Source: a virus
Taxonomy: Duplodnaviria > Heunggongvirae > Uroviricota > Caudoviricetes
IMG/VR virus record: IMGVR_UViG_647533160_000003
Reading direction: 5' to 3' (one strand)
DNA length: 64,000 bases
The notes beneath the pieces are model-generated. The model worked only from the letters and a program-made list of their open reading frames with translations, ran no database searches and was not told the origin of the DNA. Positions 10,224 through 19,449 of this stretch are shown here, piece by piece. The position numbers and the translations under genes were made by a program. Each line of letters starts with the position of its first letter. Position 1 is the stretch's first letter.

Positions 10224-11006
10224 ATGAAAGAAGAAATTAAGAGATTAGCCTGCAACATCATTGATAAAACTGGTTTAGAAATCAGCGAGAGCAATCGGCT
10301 AGACATCATTGGAAAAGCCGTCAATACGGCAATGGATCATATCGCCACTCGTTTGGTCGAGATCCCGCTACCGGGGCTACCTTATCTGAAGGTTAAGTTG
10401 TGCGTATGGGGCGAACCTGCACATGCACGACGTTCTGCATTAGTTGTTTTTGTACGCAAAGAAAACTTACGAACTCTAAAAGTGCAGGTTGGGACGTGGT
10501 TTGATGGCAGAGTCATCTATACAGATACCATTATCTGTCCTCCAGGTGACGAACATATTGAAGCCGTTATTCGAGAATCAATTCGAGCTATGCGTAGTTT
10601 AGCTTTGCTGGAAGACAAGCAAAACTTTGAAGATTACTTGCTGTCGGTAAAAGCTGAACCAACATTGTCTCTGAAAGCCGATTTCGTCACCCCGACAAAT
10701 CTGTTGGAGGTTTTGATTAATAAAGGGGCTAATGATGCTGTAAATCTAATCAGGGAGAGCGAATATTCGACTCTTTGGGACATGTGCAAAAGCCAGTTGG
10801 ATCTTGTGCATATCATTGTTGATGCGGGTAAGGCGTGTGATGGCGTAATGGCGGAATTTGCTGGGAAGATGGTCAGGATTGCTAACGAATTACCGATGAT
10901 AGAGCAAGAGGCCAAATCATACGCCACCAATCATGTCACAGAGCTTCTTGCCCCCTATCGCTTAGAAAGCGATCAGCGCAAGATGATTAGCTGGGGAAGT
11001 TGGTAA
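10224..11006 (+). CDS. hypothetical protein
   Basis: 260-aa ORF, no motif recognised. Confidence 0.45.
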   Translation: MKEEIKRLACNIIDKTGLEISESNRLDIIGKAVNTAMDHIATRLVEIPLPGLPYLKVKLCVWGEPAHARRSALVVFVRKENLRTLKVQVGTWFDGRVIYTDTIICPPGDEHIEAVIRESIRAMRSLALLEDKQNFEDYLLSVKAEPTLSLKADFVTPTNLLEVLINKGANDAVNLIRESEYSTLWDMCKSQLDLVHIIVDAGKACDGVMAEFAGKMVRIANELPMIEQEAKSYATNHVTELLAPYRLESDQRKMISWGSW

Positions 11007-11073
11007 GCTCTCTGTGTGTCGTTTTTTACGCAAATAATGATAGGTAAGCACAAGATTATTTCTGGCGGTAATT

Positions 11074-11544
11074 GTGAAAGCTGATTTGTCAAAAATCCCT
11101 TCTATTTCAGGAAATAACGGTTATTCACTTCGTTGTGAGGAAGTAAAGATAAACGGTGAGTCGGCATATTGCAGCTACTCCGTTTGCCAGCACACCATTC
11201 TTGCCTTCAAAGAAAACCGTCTTCCTCGAACGTCTTTCCAGTCGTGCGCAACCGCTATTAAAGCAGGCAAATGCAAGGCGTTAAAAATGATGGTTGAAGA
11301 GATTCGTAAAGGAGAATCTCTGTATTACGAAGATATGACCGCACTCATTAAGGAGGTTGAAGAACGGAATAAACAAGCCAGAACTATAAAACGAAAACGT
11401 GACAGTGTAACGATTAATAGCATGGTTAAGAAGAGCGCCACATCACAAACAGCGATCACTGACGTGTATGCGGCGTTGATTGAAGAAACAACAAAAGAAA
11501 CACATGAGCAAATCGATCAACATATGGAGGCAAAACAACAATGA
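11074..11544 (+). CDS. hypothetical protein
   Basis: 156-aa ORF, Cys-rich N-terminus; ATGA overlap with ligase start. Confidence 0.45.
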   Translation: MKADLSKIPSISGNNGYSLRCEEVKINGESAYCSYSVCQHTILAFKENRLPRTSFQSCATAIKAGKCKALKMMVEEIRKGESLYYEDMTALIKEVEERNKQARTIKRKRDSVTINSMVKKSATSQTAITDVYAALIEETTKETHEQIDQHMEAKQQ

Positions 11545-12863
11545 AAAAGTTGATCGCACTTAAGCATAAGCTGGACGAAATGAAAGCTATGGGAACCAAT
11601 GCAAAAAAAGAGGCATTGGCCAACATGGATGACTTTGAACAAAGCATGGTTTCATTGATGCTCAACCCTTTCATCCGTTTTGGGGTAAAGAAATACAAAG
11701 TGGCAGAGCCGCTTAGTGAGTCCGTCCCAAGTGACGAAAAAGCCATTGATGTACTGAATAAGCTGGCCTCTCGCGAGCTGACGGGGAACGCAGCAATAGC
11801 TGCTGTTGAGTCTATCGTGGCGTCAATGTGCGCCGATGGGCAGGACGTCTTCCGTCGTTTCCTCTTAAAAGATCCGAAAGCTGGCGTTGGGATTAGCCTA
11901 TGCAACAAGGTTTTTGAAAATCCCATTCCGAAATTCGAGGTGCAGCTGGCGTCACCGTATAAAGAAAAAGGCGACAAATACCCCTTCAAGCCAAACCCTA
12001 AAGCAAAATGGCCGATGATTGGCAGCCTTAAGCTCGATGGTTTGCGAGTAATTTGCGAGGTTATTGTTGACGAAGAAGAGGTTAACTTCCTTTCTCGTAC
12101 TGGTAATCCAATCACGTCTCTCGATCACCTAAAGCCAGCCATGCTCGAATTAGGCAAACTTTCAGGCCACAAACACATCTTCTTCGATGGTGAAGGCACA
12201 GCCGGTTCATTTAACCAGTCCGTATCTGCATTGCGCAAAAAGAACGTGCAGGCAATTGGCGCTATTTATCATGTTTTCGACTTCTTCCTACCGGAATGGC
12301 GAGCACAGGCTAAATCCAAAGAGTATGCAAAGACAGGTATGAAGCTGAAAGAGCGCCTGGCTATGCTCGTGGCGTTGTTCAAAAACGATCGCAGTGAAGG
12401 CTACGCACAAGACATTCACCTGCATCCGTTCTACATCATCCATAGCCACGAAGACTTCATCGAACGCTTCATGAAACGCCTGGACGATAACGAAGAAGGG
12501 GAGATGGGCAAAGATCCGAACTCTGTTTACGAGTTTAAACGTACCCGCAGCTGGTGGAAGTTAAAAGACGAAGATTCAGAAGATGGTGAAATTATCGATT
12601 TTGAGCCGGGCGACCCGGACTCTGGTTTTGCCAACACGCTTGGGAAAATTGTTATTCGTCTTGAAAACGGCGTCATCGTTCGTGCGAGCGGCATTAAGCA
12701 TAAATATCTGGACGAGATCTGGAACAACAAAGAGAAGTACCGTGGTCGTATTGTCGAGGTTCATTGTCACGAGAAAACACCTGATGGCAGCTTACGCCAC
12801 CCACGACTGAAATGGCCGCGTTGCTTACGCGATACCGAAGATCGAATCGGAGATAAAGAATGA
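11541..12863 (+). CDS. ATP-dependent DNA ligase
   Basis: Adenylation motif I KLDGLR (IGSLKLDGLRVICEV); 440 aa. Confidence 0.8.
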   Translation: MKKLIALKHKLDEMKAMGTNAKKEALANMDDFEQSMVSLMLNPFIRFGVKKYKVAEPLSESVPSDEKAIDVLNKLASRELTGNAAIAAVESIVASMCADGQDVFRRFLLKDPKAGVGISLCNKVFENPIPKFEVQLASPYKEKGDKYPFKPNPKAKWPMIGSLKLDGLRVICEVIVDEEEVNFLSRTGNPITSLDHLKPAMLELGKLSGHKHIFFDGEGTAGSFNQSVSALRKKNVQAIGAIYHVFDFFLPEWRAQAKSKEYAKTGMKLKERLAMLVALFKNDRSEGYAQDIHLHPFYIIHSHEDFIERFMKRLDDNEEGEMGKDPNSVYEFKRTRSWWKLKDEDSEDGEIIDFEPGDPDSGFANTLGKIVIRLENGVIVRASGIKHKYLDEIWNNKEKYRGRIVEVHCHEKTPDGSLRHPRLKWPRCLRDTEDRIGDKE

Positions 12864-13075
12864 TCGTATTAAGTAAACGGGAGAAAGAAACGCTTCATGA
12901 AATAAGTAAGTGGCCGGAGTTCCCTGAGTACTGGAAGCCTAAAACGCGAGCTAAGTTAGAGCGTTTAGGGTTGGTTGCAAACGTTTCTGAAACGTGGCGC
13001 TCGGCCAACTACCAGTTAACTGATAAAGGGAAATTATTGCTACAGCAATTAGTAGAATCAGGAGCCTTTAAATGA
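12860..13075 (+). CDS. hypothetical protein
   Basis: 71-aa ORF overlapping ligase stop. Confidence 0.4.
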   Translation: MIVLSKREKETLHEISKWPEFPEYWKPKTRAKLERLGLVANVSETWRSANYQLTDKGKLLLQQLVESGAFK

Positions 13076-13220
13076 TTCCATACATCCCATTGGCTTTTAT
13101 GGCTGGCTTCCTTATCGGCTTCGGCATCTGTCATGATTTGATTAAGCAGGAACTTAAAACCAAAACACTGTGCATCGGAAAGCGCGTGTATCGAGTAGTT
13201 CATGAAACAAAGGTGAAAAA

Positions 13221-13511
13221 ATGAGCATGTTAACTTCTTGGGAATGGTGGTTGGTCACCTATTTCTTAGCGGCCGGAGTCGCATTCGCCTTTTACGTAGG
13301 TCAGTTAGTCGTAAAACTGTTGCTGATTAAATTTGCTAGTCATAAACGTATCGATGATGGTCTGTGGCGTCTTGGCACCCTGGTGGAAACTCGCTACGGG
13401 CAACTTAAGGAGAACGAAACCATTACTATCCAAGCGAAACAATTCACTGCCACCATCACAAGAACACCTAGTCGTAGAGTGGCCTTGATCAAAAAAGTCA
13501 CAACCGAATAA
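13221..13511 (+). CDS. hypothetical membrane protein
   Basis: N-terminal hydrophobic helix WWLVTYFLAAGVAFAFYVGQLVV. Confidence 0.45.
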   Translation: MSMLTSWEWWLVTYFLAAGVAFAFYVGQLVVKLLLIKFASHKRIDDGLWRLGTLVETRYGQLKENETITIQAKQFTATITRTPSRRVALIKKVTTE

Positions 13512-14288
13512 AAATACAATAATAAGTATTTACTTACCTATCTTTTATGTATAAGATGACTTTGTTTTCGTTGAGACGCGACTGTTTGAACTTAAATACA
13601 AGTGCAAACGAAGAAGTCTATCTGGCAGTAGCCTAATAAGCCAAACACCAGCGAGGTCAGTTTCCAGCCTCGTTACCGAAATGGGACACACTGAGCGAGT
13701 GTGATTGCAGAACGCAGGAGGGAACATGAGAGTTCCCTCCGATGAAGTAACAGAATGGGCGGTCAGTATATTTTCAACTCATATACGACTCCCGGATTCT
13801 TAGCCAATGACCGCCCATCCTGTTACGTCATTTTGTTCAATTATGTCGTTTATACTGGGTTAAAAAGCGGCGACGTAGCCCGGCTGGTATGGTTAGCCAG
13901 CACACAACGTTGAGGCCATTATATTTTTATCAATTCTAAGGTTCTATTCACAGAGATACCGGCGAGCGTTGATATGTAACATGTTGGGCAAACATTCAAT
14001 CGGAGTAGTGGCCTCAACGTTGTGAAGACAGGATTGTTGTATAGGTTTAACCACTGTTGCCATTAGTGCCTGTTTTCACAACAAATGATTCCATACATCA
14101 CATTGTATAAATTACAAAGTAGGTGCTGTCCTCAGAAACATCATCTACTTAAAGATTTTGCCTTCTATTGAGCGAAGTCGAAAACGTCTGGCACTAACGG
14201 AAAGTGCCAGTAGCGGTGTGTTTCCTGGCAGAAACTAACACCGCCGCGATTGGCACTGTTGAGTAATAAATACTGGCAGTGCTGAATT

Positions 14289-14363
14289 GATGGTGTAGCT
14301 CAGCGGTAGAGCAGTTGGCTGTTAACCAACTGGTCGGTGGTTCGAATCCACCCACCATCGCCA
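14289..14363 (+). tRNA. tRNA-Asn (anticodon GTT)
   Basis: Cloverleaf by eye: acceptor GATGGTG/CACCATC, T-arm GGTGG-TTCGAAT-CCACC, anticodon loop CTGTTAA, 3' CCA. Confidence 0.8.
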
Positions 14364-14368
14364 ATTTA

Positions 14369-14455
14369 GGGGAGTTAGTCCGTAGAGGTAGCGGGACAGA
14401 CTGTAAATCTACTGTCATTGCGACTCGGGTGGTTCGACTCCATCACTCCCCACCA
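14369..14455 (+). tRNA. tRNA-Tyr-like (anticodon GTA), class II, atypical anticodon stem
   Basis: Acceptor GGGGAGT/ACTCCCC, loop CTGTAAA, long variable arm, CCA; outer two anticodon-stem pairs are A-C mismatches. Confidence 0.55.
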
Positions 14456-14459
14456 AATT

Positions 14460-14535
14460 GCCGGTTTAGCTCAGTTGGTAGAGCGCCTGCCTTGTAAGCA
14501 GGATGTCAGCGGTTCGAGTCCGTTAACCGGCACCA
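14460..14535 (+). tRNA. tRNA-Thr (anticodon TGT)
   Basis: Acceptor GCCGGTT/AACCGGC, D-arm GCTC-AGTTGGTAG-AGC, anticodon stem CCTGC/GCAGG with loop CTTGTAA, CCA. Confidence 0.85.
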
Positions 14536-14759
14536 ATACAACGATAAGATCATTACGGTTAATCGTCGTTCATGTGCACAATGACTGGTCGAAAGGTAGT
14601 GATCTTACCGTTGTGGTGGATTCGCAGACTGATGCGATAGCTTTCTTGGATGTTAGGGAAATGCGGCCGCAAATCTTCCCTTTCGCGAGCGGTGATCGTC
14701 CGTAGTCCTAATTGGCTGCACCGTATGCCGGAGATTCAGTACCGGCCACCACAACGGCC

Positions 14760-14846
14760 GGAGAGTAGGGAGCATGGTGCTCAAGCGGTCTTGAAAATCG
14801 TCCCATTGTGCAAACGATGATGGTTCGATTCCATTACTCTCCGCCA
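14760..14846 (+). tRNA. tRNA-Ser (anticodon TGA), class II
   Basis: Acceptor GGAGAGT/ACTCTCC, anticodon loop CTTGAAA with G-U-containing stem, long variable arm, T-loop TTCGATT, CCA. Confidence 0.65.
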
Positions 14847-15001
14847 GACACAGCGTTGAGCGGTTTGGCCTTTTAATCAACTCGATTAAGACTCCGCTAA
14901 CATAAACCAGACCGCTCAACGCTGTGATTGACAATTACGGCAGACGTTCTTAACCATAGCTTGCTAACATCCTAGCAACACTTTTTTTCAGCGCAATATT
15001 C

Positions 15002-15024
15002 AAAGGGGCTTCGGCCCCTTTTCT
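15002..15024. terminator. bidirectional intrinsic terminator
   Basis: GGGGC-TTCG-GCCCC hairpin flanked by A-run and T-run, between tRNA cluster and convergent minus-strand operon. Confidence 0.6.
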
Positions 15025-16236
15025 TCAAAAAAGTTTTATAAATTCATAATTCTGGTCAATTAAGGATTCAATACACACCATGCAAAAATCTACATCGTTA
15101 AAATCAGGTGTGTAATATTCATCCTCATAACATTCATTTAGACCTTCAATCAATTTTTCTTTAAAAACTCCCCACGTTTCAATATGAACCATTTCCATAT
15201 AAGGCGCATGTGTATGTACTTGCAATACATCCCAGGTGTCTATAACCTCGATCCGCGGCTTGCAATTAATTTTTTCTAAATATGCCCTCCCAGAATTGTA
15301 AATTTTCGACATTGATGCCCCAAAACCTGATGGTTGGTAATGAGTGTAAATGTCATAAATTTTTTGTCCTATTCTAGGGAGTTGAGAAGCATTGGATATT
15401 TGTGGCGAATGAAAGTATCGCTCTATGGAAGAAAACGCAGAAACATTAACTAGAGTAATCGTATATGGTGCTAAAGTTCTCTCGTTCAAATTTCTACATA
15501 AAATAGCAAACCCATGGCTATTAGTCTTTTCACCGTCTGAGGACATTTTTGCCATGCTGGCTTTAATAACATTCAATTTCGAATGTAAACGAGAAGTGGA
15601 AGTCGGTTGATTATACATTTCATCATCATACAAACATATATGAAACCCGCCAAGATGACGAAATGAGAACTTGAGTGCTTCTTCCGCAATAACTAATTTA
15701 TTAATATCTAAAGGAGTAAGTGATACGTTACCTTGTAAATCATAGCAAGGTTCTAAACATAGAAAGTTTTTCTTCTGCCACACGATCATATTAAAAATAA
15801 AGTGTCTAACCAAAGGTGGCCAGTCAGGTGATATAAGTACATTGGTAATATCTCCATCAGACAAGTATGACAAGTAACTTTTTAGTTCCGCAGCATATGC
15901 CACTAGCTCAGTTCCAGCTTCCCTTGTTGGTGTTGAAAAATTTTTTAACTCAATAAGAACTAAGGATTCATTCTCTGTTGAATAAGCAACGACATCAGGT
16001 CTTAATATCTCAGATTTTGTTGCTGAGATATTCTCATCATCTGTCATTAAATGTAACAATGTTATGTTCTTTAAACAAAACTGATAACTCTCCTTAATTT
16101 TTTTCTCTTCGGGTCTTTTCGGATTAAATTCATTTAATTTATCAATATTGATGATTGAATTATATAATCCATCTTGATCAGATAATTTGTCAATTATCCA
16201 ATTTTGCATTTCCTTTTCGCTTAAAAATATTGACAC
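15025..16236 (-). CDS. PD-(D/E)xK nuclease-like protein, second gene of candidate two-gene defense operon
   Basis: 403 aa; RPDVVAYSTENESLVLIELK is a PD-x14-ExK match; GTG start preceded by GGGAG RBS; very AT-rich. Confidence 0.6.
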   Translation of the reverse strand: MSIFLSEKEMQNWIIDKLSDQDGLYNSIINIDKLNEFNPKRPEEKKIKESYQFCLKNITLLHLMTDDENISATKSEILRPDVVAYSTENESLVLIELKNFSTPTREAGTELVAYAAELKSYLSYLSDGDITNVLISPDWPPLVRHFIFNMIVWQKKNFLCLEPCYDLQGNVSLTPLDINKLVIAEEALKFSFRHLGGFHICLYDDEMYNQPTSTSRLHSKLNVIKASMAKMSSDGEKTNSHGFAILCRNLNERTLAPYTITLVNVSAFSSIERYFHSPQISNASQLPRIGQKIYDIYTHYQPSGFGASMSKIYNSGRAYLEKINCKPRIEVIDTWDVLQVHTHAPYMEMVHIETWGVFKEKLIEGLNECYEDEYYTPDFNDVDFCMVCIESLIDQNYEFIKLF

Positions 16237-16262
16237 TAATTAGGCTCCCGTTAAACCAAAAA

Positions 16263-17084
16263 TTAAAAATCTTGCTTTACTTTATCCATGGTCAGAATTT
16301 TGCTAATAATTGAAGATTCAAATCCATCTAAACCTGAGAGAAAGTTAATTAGCTTTTGGATATGTTGTTCTTTAGGTATAAGTATATATTTTATATCATT
16401 GAACTCAAAATCAATGCCAAACTTTGAAAATTTTGAGCTAATTTTTGCTTTGTCATCAGAAGTGATAACACGCTCCAAACTCAGACTAGGCCATAAATCA
16501 CCAATAAAAGGAGCTGGCACATAACGCCACTCTTTCTCGTCTGCATATATATAATTCTCTATTGTTTTATTATCTTTTCGCTCTAGCTTGCCTCTGTAAT
16601 TTTTCATATAACGCAGTAAATTATATAGATCAGAATATTCTGCTTTCAATTTCTCAAACTCTATTCTGTTTTTGGTATCTAAATTTCCTCTAGCCTTCCA
16701 AAGCGGCACCAACTTATTTTTAATAAGTCGAATTCTGGCATTGTATTTAGAAAATATTTCACTACTCTTATTCATATATAGAACTGGGTGTAGACCTTTC
16801 TTTTCCGCCCAAGACTTAGTTAGCCCAAGACCGAATTCTCCATATTTTCCGCTATGATCTCTGATTTGTGATAGTTTTATGTCACAAAACGATACCATTG
16901 GTACTGCAAACCTCCTGCGTCCCCCGACTCCTCTTATTTCCTCGCGAGCAAGAAATGGTTTAAAATATTTCTCAGCCAATATGCTATAGAAAGCATCTTC
17001 GTTTTTTGTAAAATGAAACAACGTGGTTGGATGAAGACTATAAACAGATTCAACATTCGCATCAGGATTTTCAAGGATAGTCAT
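16263..17084 (-). CDS. hypothetical protein (LFHFT N-terminal motif), first gene of candidate two-gene defense operon
   Basis: About 273 aa from Met 17084 (AGGTG RBS 5 nt upstream; ORF open to 17129); 26-nt gap to downstream gene; AT-rich. Confidence 0.55.
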   Translation of the reverse strand: MTILENPDANVESVYSLHPTTLFHFTKNEDAFYSILAEKYFKPFLAREEIRGVGGRRRFAVPMVSFCDIKLSQIRDHSGKYGEFGLGLTKSWAEKKGLHPVLYMNKSSEIFSKYNARIRLIKNKLVPLWKARGNLDTKNRIEFEKLKAEYSDLYNLLRYMKNYRGKLERKDNKTIENYIYADEKEWRYVPAPFIGDLWPSLSLERVITSDDKAKISSKFSKFGIDFEFNDIKYILIPKEQHIQKLINFLSGLDGFESSIISKILTMDKVKQDF

Positions 17085-17373
17085 TTTACACCTTGTGGAA
17101 AGCCAGTTTAGTTCTGTAAATAGTATCACACGACAGGCGGCTATTCTTCTATCAATAAATGATAGGTAAGCACTTACTTTTTACGCACGTTAACTGTATA
17201 GTTCTTTCGGATACTCACTTGAAAGGACTCAATATGGGAAATAAATGTAAACATGCGCGTCGCGCATCTCGTCAGGTGCAGAAGTCAAATCCATACATTC
17301 ACGAGCACTACCACCTCAGCTCTTTCACTAACCGCTACACGTTCCCCAGCGAAGCGCATAACGAGGCAAAGCA

Positions 17374-17619
17374 ATGACGATCACTATCTATGGACGAGAT
17401 AACTGCTCATACTGCAAACGTGCGGTCGAGCTGGCGAAGCAGCTTCACGGTCACGGTTTTGGCGATTACGAATACATCGATATTGTGTCTGCTGGGATAG
17501 ACAAAGAGAAATTGAGCGCCCTGGTTGGCAAGCCGGTGGAGACCATACCGCAGGTGTTCGTAAATGGCGAATCTATCGGTGGCTATACGGAATTCGCCGC
17601 TCTGGTGAGTACATTATAA
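17374..17619 (+). CDS. glutaredoxin (NrdH/NrdC-like)
   Basis: 81 aa with CSYC redox motif near N-terminus and TIPQVFVNG motif. Confidence 0.75.
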   Translation: MTITIYGRDNCSYCKRAVELAKQLHGHGFGDYEYIDIVSAGIDKEKLSALVGKPVETIPQVFVNGESIGGYTEFAALVSTL

Positions 17620-17624
17620 TTAAG

Positions 17625-17645
17625 AGCCGCTTAGGCGGCTTTTTA
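17625..17645 (+). terminator. rho-independent terminator
   Basis: AGCCGC-TTAG-GCGGCT hairpin followed by TTTTT. Confidence 0.6.
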
Positions 17646-17786
17646 CATGAAAGTGTGCGCTCAAATCAACTATATCTATGAAAAGGACAGTTATAAATAT
17701 TAAAAATATCTAAAATCCCTTCCGATATATGAATTATCAGATTAAAATTTCACACAATGTGCTTTTAATGAGTTATTATTTCACCT

Positions 17787-18411
17787 NNNNNNNNNNNNNN
17801 NNNNNNNNNNNNNNNNNNNNNNNNNNNNNNNNNNNNNNNNNNNNNNNNNNNNNNNNNNNNNNNNNNNNNNNNNNNNNNNNNNNNNNNNNNNNNNNNNNNN
17901 NNNNNNNNNNNNNNNNNNNNNNNNNNNNNNNNNNNNNNNNNNNNNNNNNNNNNNNNNNNNNNNNNNNNNNNNNNNNNNNNNNNNNNNNNNNNNNNNNNNN
18001 NNNNNNNNNNNNNNNNNNNNNNNNNNNNNNNNNNNNNNNNNNNNNNNNNNNNNNNNNNNNNNNNNNNNNNNNNNNNNNNNNNNNNNNNNNNNNNNNNNNN
18101 NNNNNNNNNNNNNNNNNNNNNNNNNNNNNNNNNNNNNNNNNNNNNNNNNNNNNNNNNNNNNNNNNNNNNNNNNNNNNNNNNNNNNNNNNNNNNNNNNNNN
18201 NNNNNNNNNNNNNNNNNNNNNNNNNNNNNNNNNNNNNNNNNNNNNNNNNNNNNNNNNNNNNNNNNNNNNNNNNNNNNNNNNNNNNNNNNNNNNNNNNNNN
18301 NNNNNNNNNNNNNNNNNNNNNNNNNNNNNNNNNNNNNNNNNNNNNNNNNNNNNNNNNNNNNNNNNNNNNNNNNNNNNNNNNNNNNNNNNNNNNNNNNNNN
18401 NNNNNNNNNNN
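17787..18411. other. assembly gap (625 N)
   Basis: Uninterrupted run of n. Confidence 0.99.
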
Positions 18412-19241
18412 GAAATGTTTCTACCACGGTGATAATCCATTCCATAAACCGAATCAATTCCTGAGTTCACTATCTTCATCTGAATTTCAAAAAAATCATT
18501 ATTTAAATCAAAGTAAACAATAGGGACCTCATATCTTCTGCTAGAAAAATCCATTGGTGATAGATAGTTAAGACCATTTGCACTGACCTTCACTTGAATT
18601 CCAGCCTGTATACCTGAATTCGACGTTGGAGCAGAAATAAGTAATTGAGAAAGTGGGTCTCGTTTGTCTATCCACACAATGTCCCGTTGAGTATCATTAG
18701 GTTGATATTTAGTAGGATAGTTAATTTTCGTATAGTTGAGTCCAGTCCCAACAGCTTTATAATTAGACAAACTATCTGTGAAAGGGGTATATCTCTTTGC
18801 TAATAATGCCCAGTTTTCATTTTGTTTCGCGTTTTTTTCACATTCTTCAACAATGAGTGCTTCCGCAATTTTACCTAATATTCTCATAGTTGTTTTATGG
18901 GGATCTAGTTCGATAATGATGTTTGACTTGATCACTCCTTCTTCATTAATACCAACAAGACCTAACTCTTTATCCATGAGTTCAAATAAATTTTCCCCAT
19001 GCTCAATTGCTAACAAAGCTGAAGGTCGTGATAATAATGAAGAGTTATTCCAATCTCCGAGGGAGATATCCAGACCTAAATCAATACCTTTAGTCGTCAC
19101 TACTAGCTGAGGTTTGGGAGGCGTAGCCCCTAATAACTCAGATAGCGTGTTGACTTCCGGTGTCTCTTTTATCATTTTTCTTATCCTGTTGCAGCGATCG
19201 CATGACAATACTATAAAACCAGCCATTTTCAAGTAAATCAA
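18412..19241 (-). CDS. hypothetical protein, N-terminal 276 codons only (interrupted by gap)
   Basis: Minus-strand ORF starting at 19241 and running into the N-run; AT-rich; no motif recognised. Confidence 0.5.
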
Positions 19242-19449
19242 TTACCTTTTAGGTGATGAAGATAAAAGTGAAGCCAACCCCTCCGTTCGAAAAGATAGAT
19301 TCAAAAAAATCGCCCCCCAATGATTCCATACCTACTATGTATGGAATCATTACTGAAAATGAGTTACTTTTACTCTTGATCCTATAAGAATCTATGCCTA
19401 ATATACTGTTTACTTATACAGTGCATCGGCGTAACTCGGTGATTGTCAT

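Noticed and set aside
11456-12115. 219-aa minus-strand ORF antisense to the ligase gene
   Set aside because: Low-complexity Ser-rich translation, no RBS, fully overlapped by a well-supported + strand gene.
14536-14759. Possible additional tRNA between tRNA-Thr and tRNA-Ser (T-loop-like GGTGGATTCG)
   Set aside because: I could not build a cloverleaf with acceptor stem and anticodon arm; only local hairpins.
17234-17377. 47-aa basic ORF (MGNKCKHARRASRQ...) just upstream of the glutaredoxin gene
   Set aside because: Has an AAGGA RBS and overlaps the glutaredoxin start, but is too short and featureless to call; may be a real small protein.
17729-18523. ORFs on both strands translated through the N-run (17729-18523 +, 17765-18457 -)
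   Set aside because: Their length comes from translating n as X; they are artefacts of the assembly gap.
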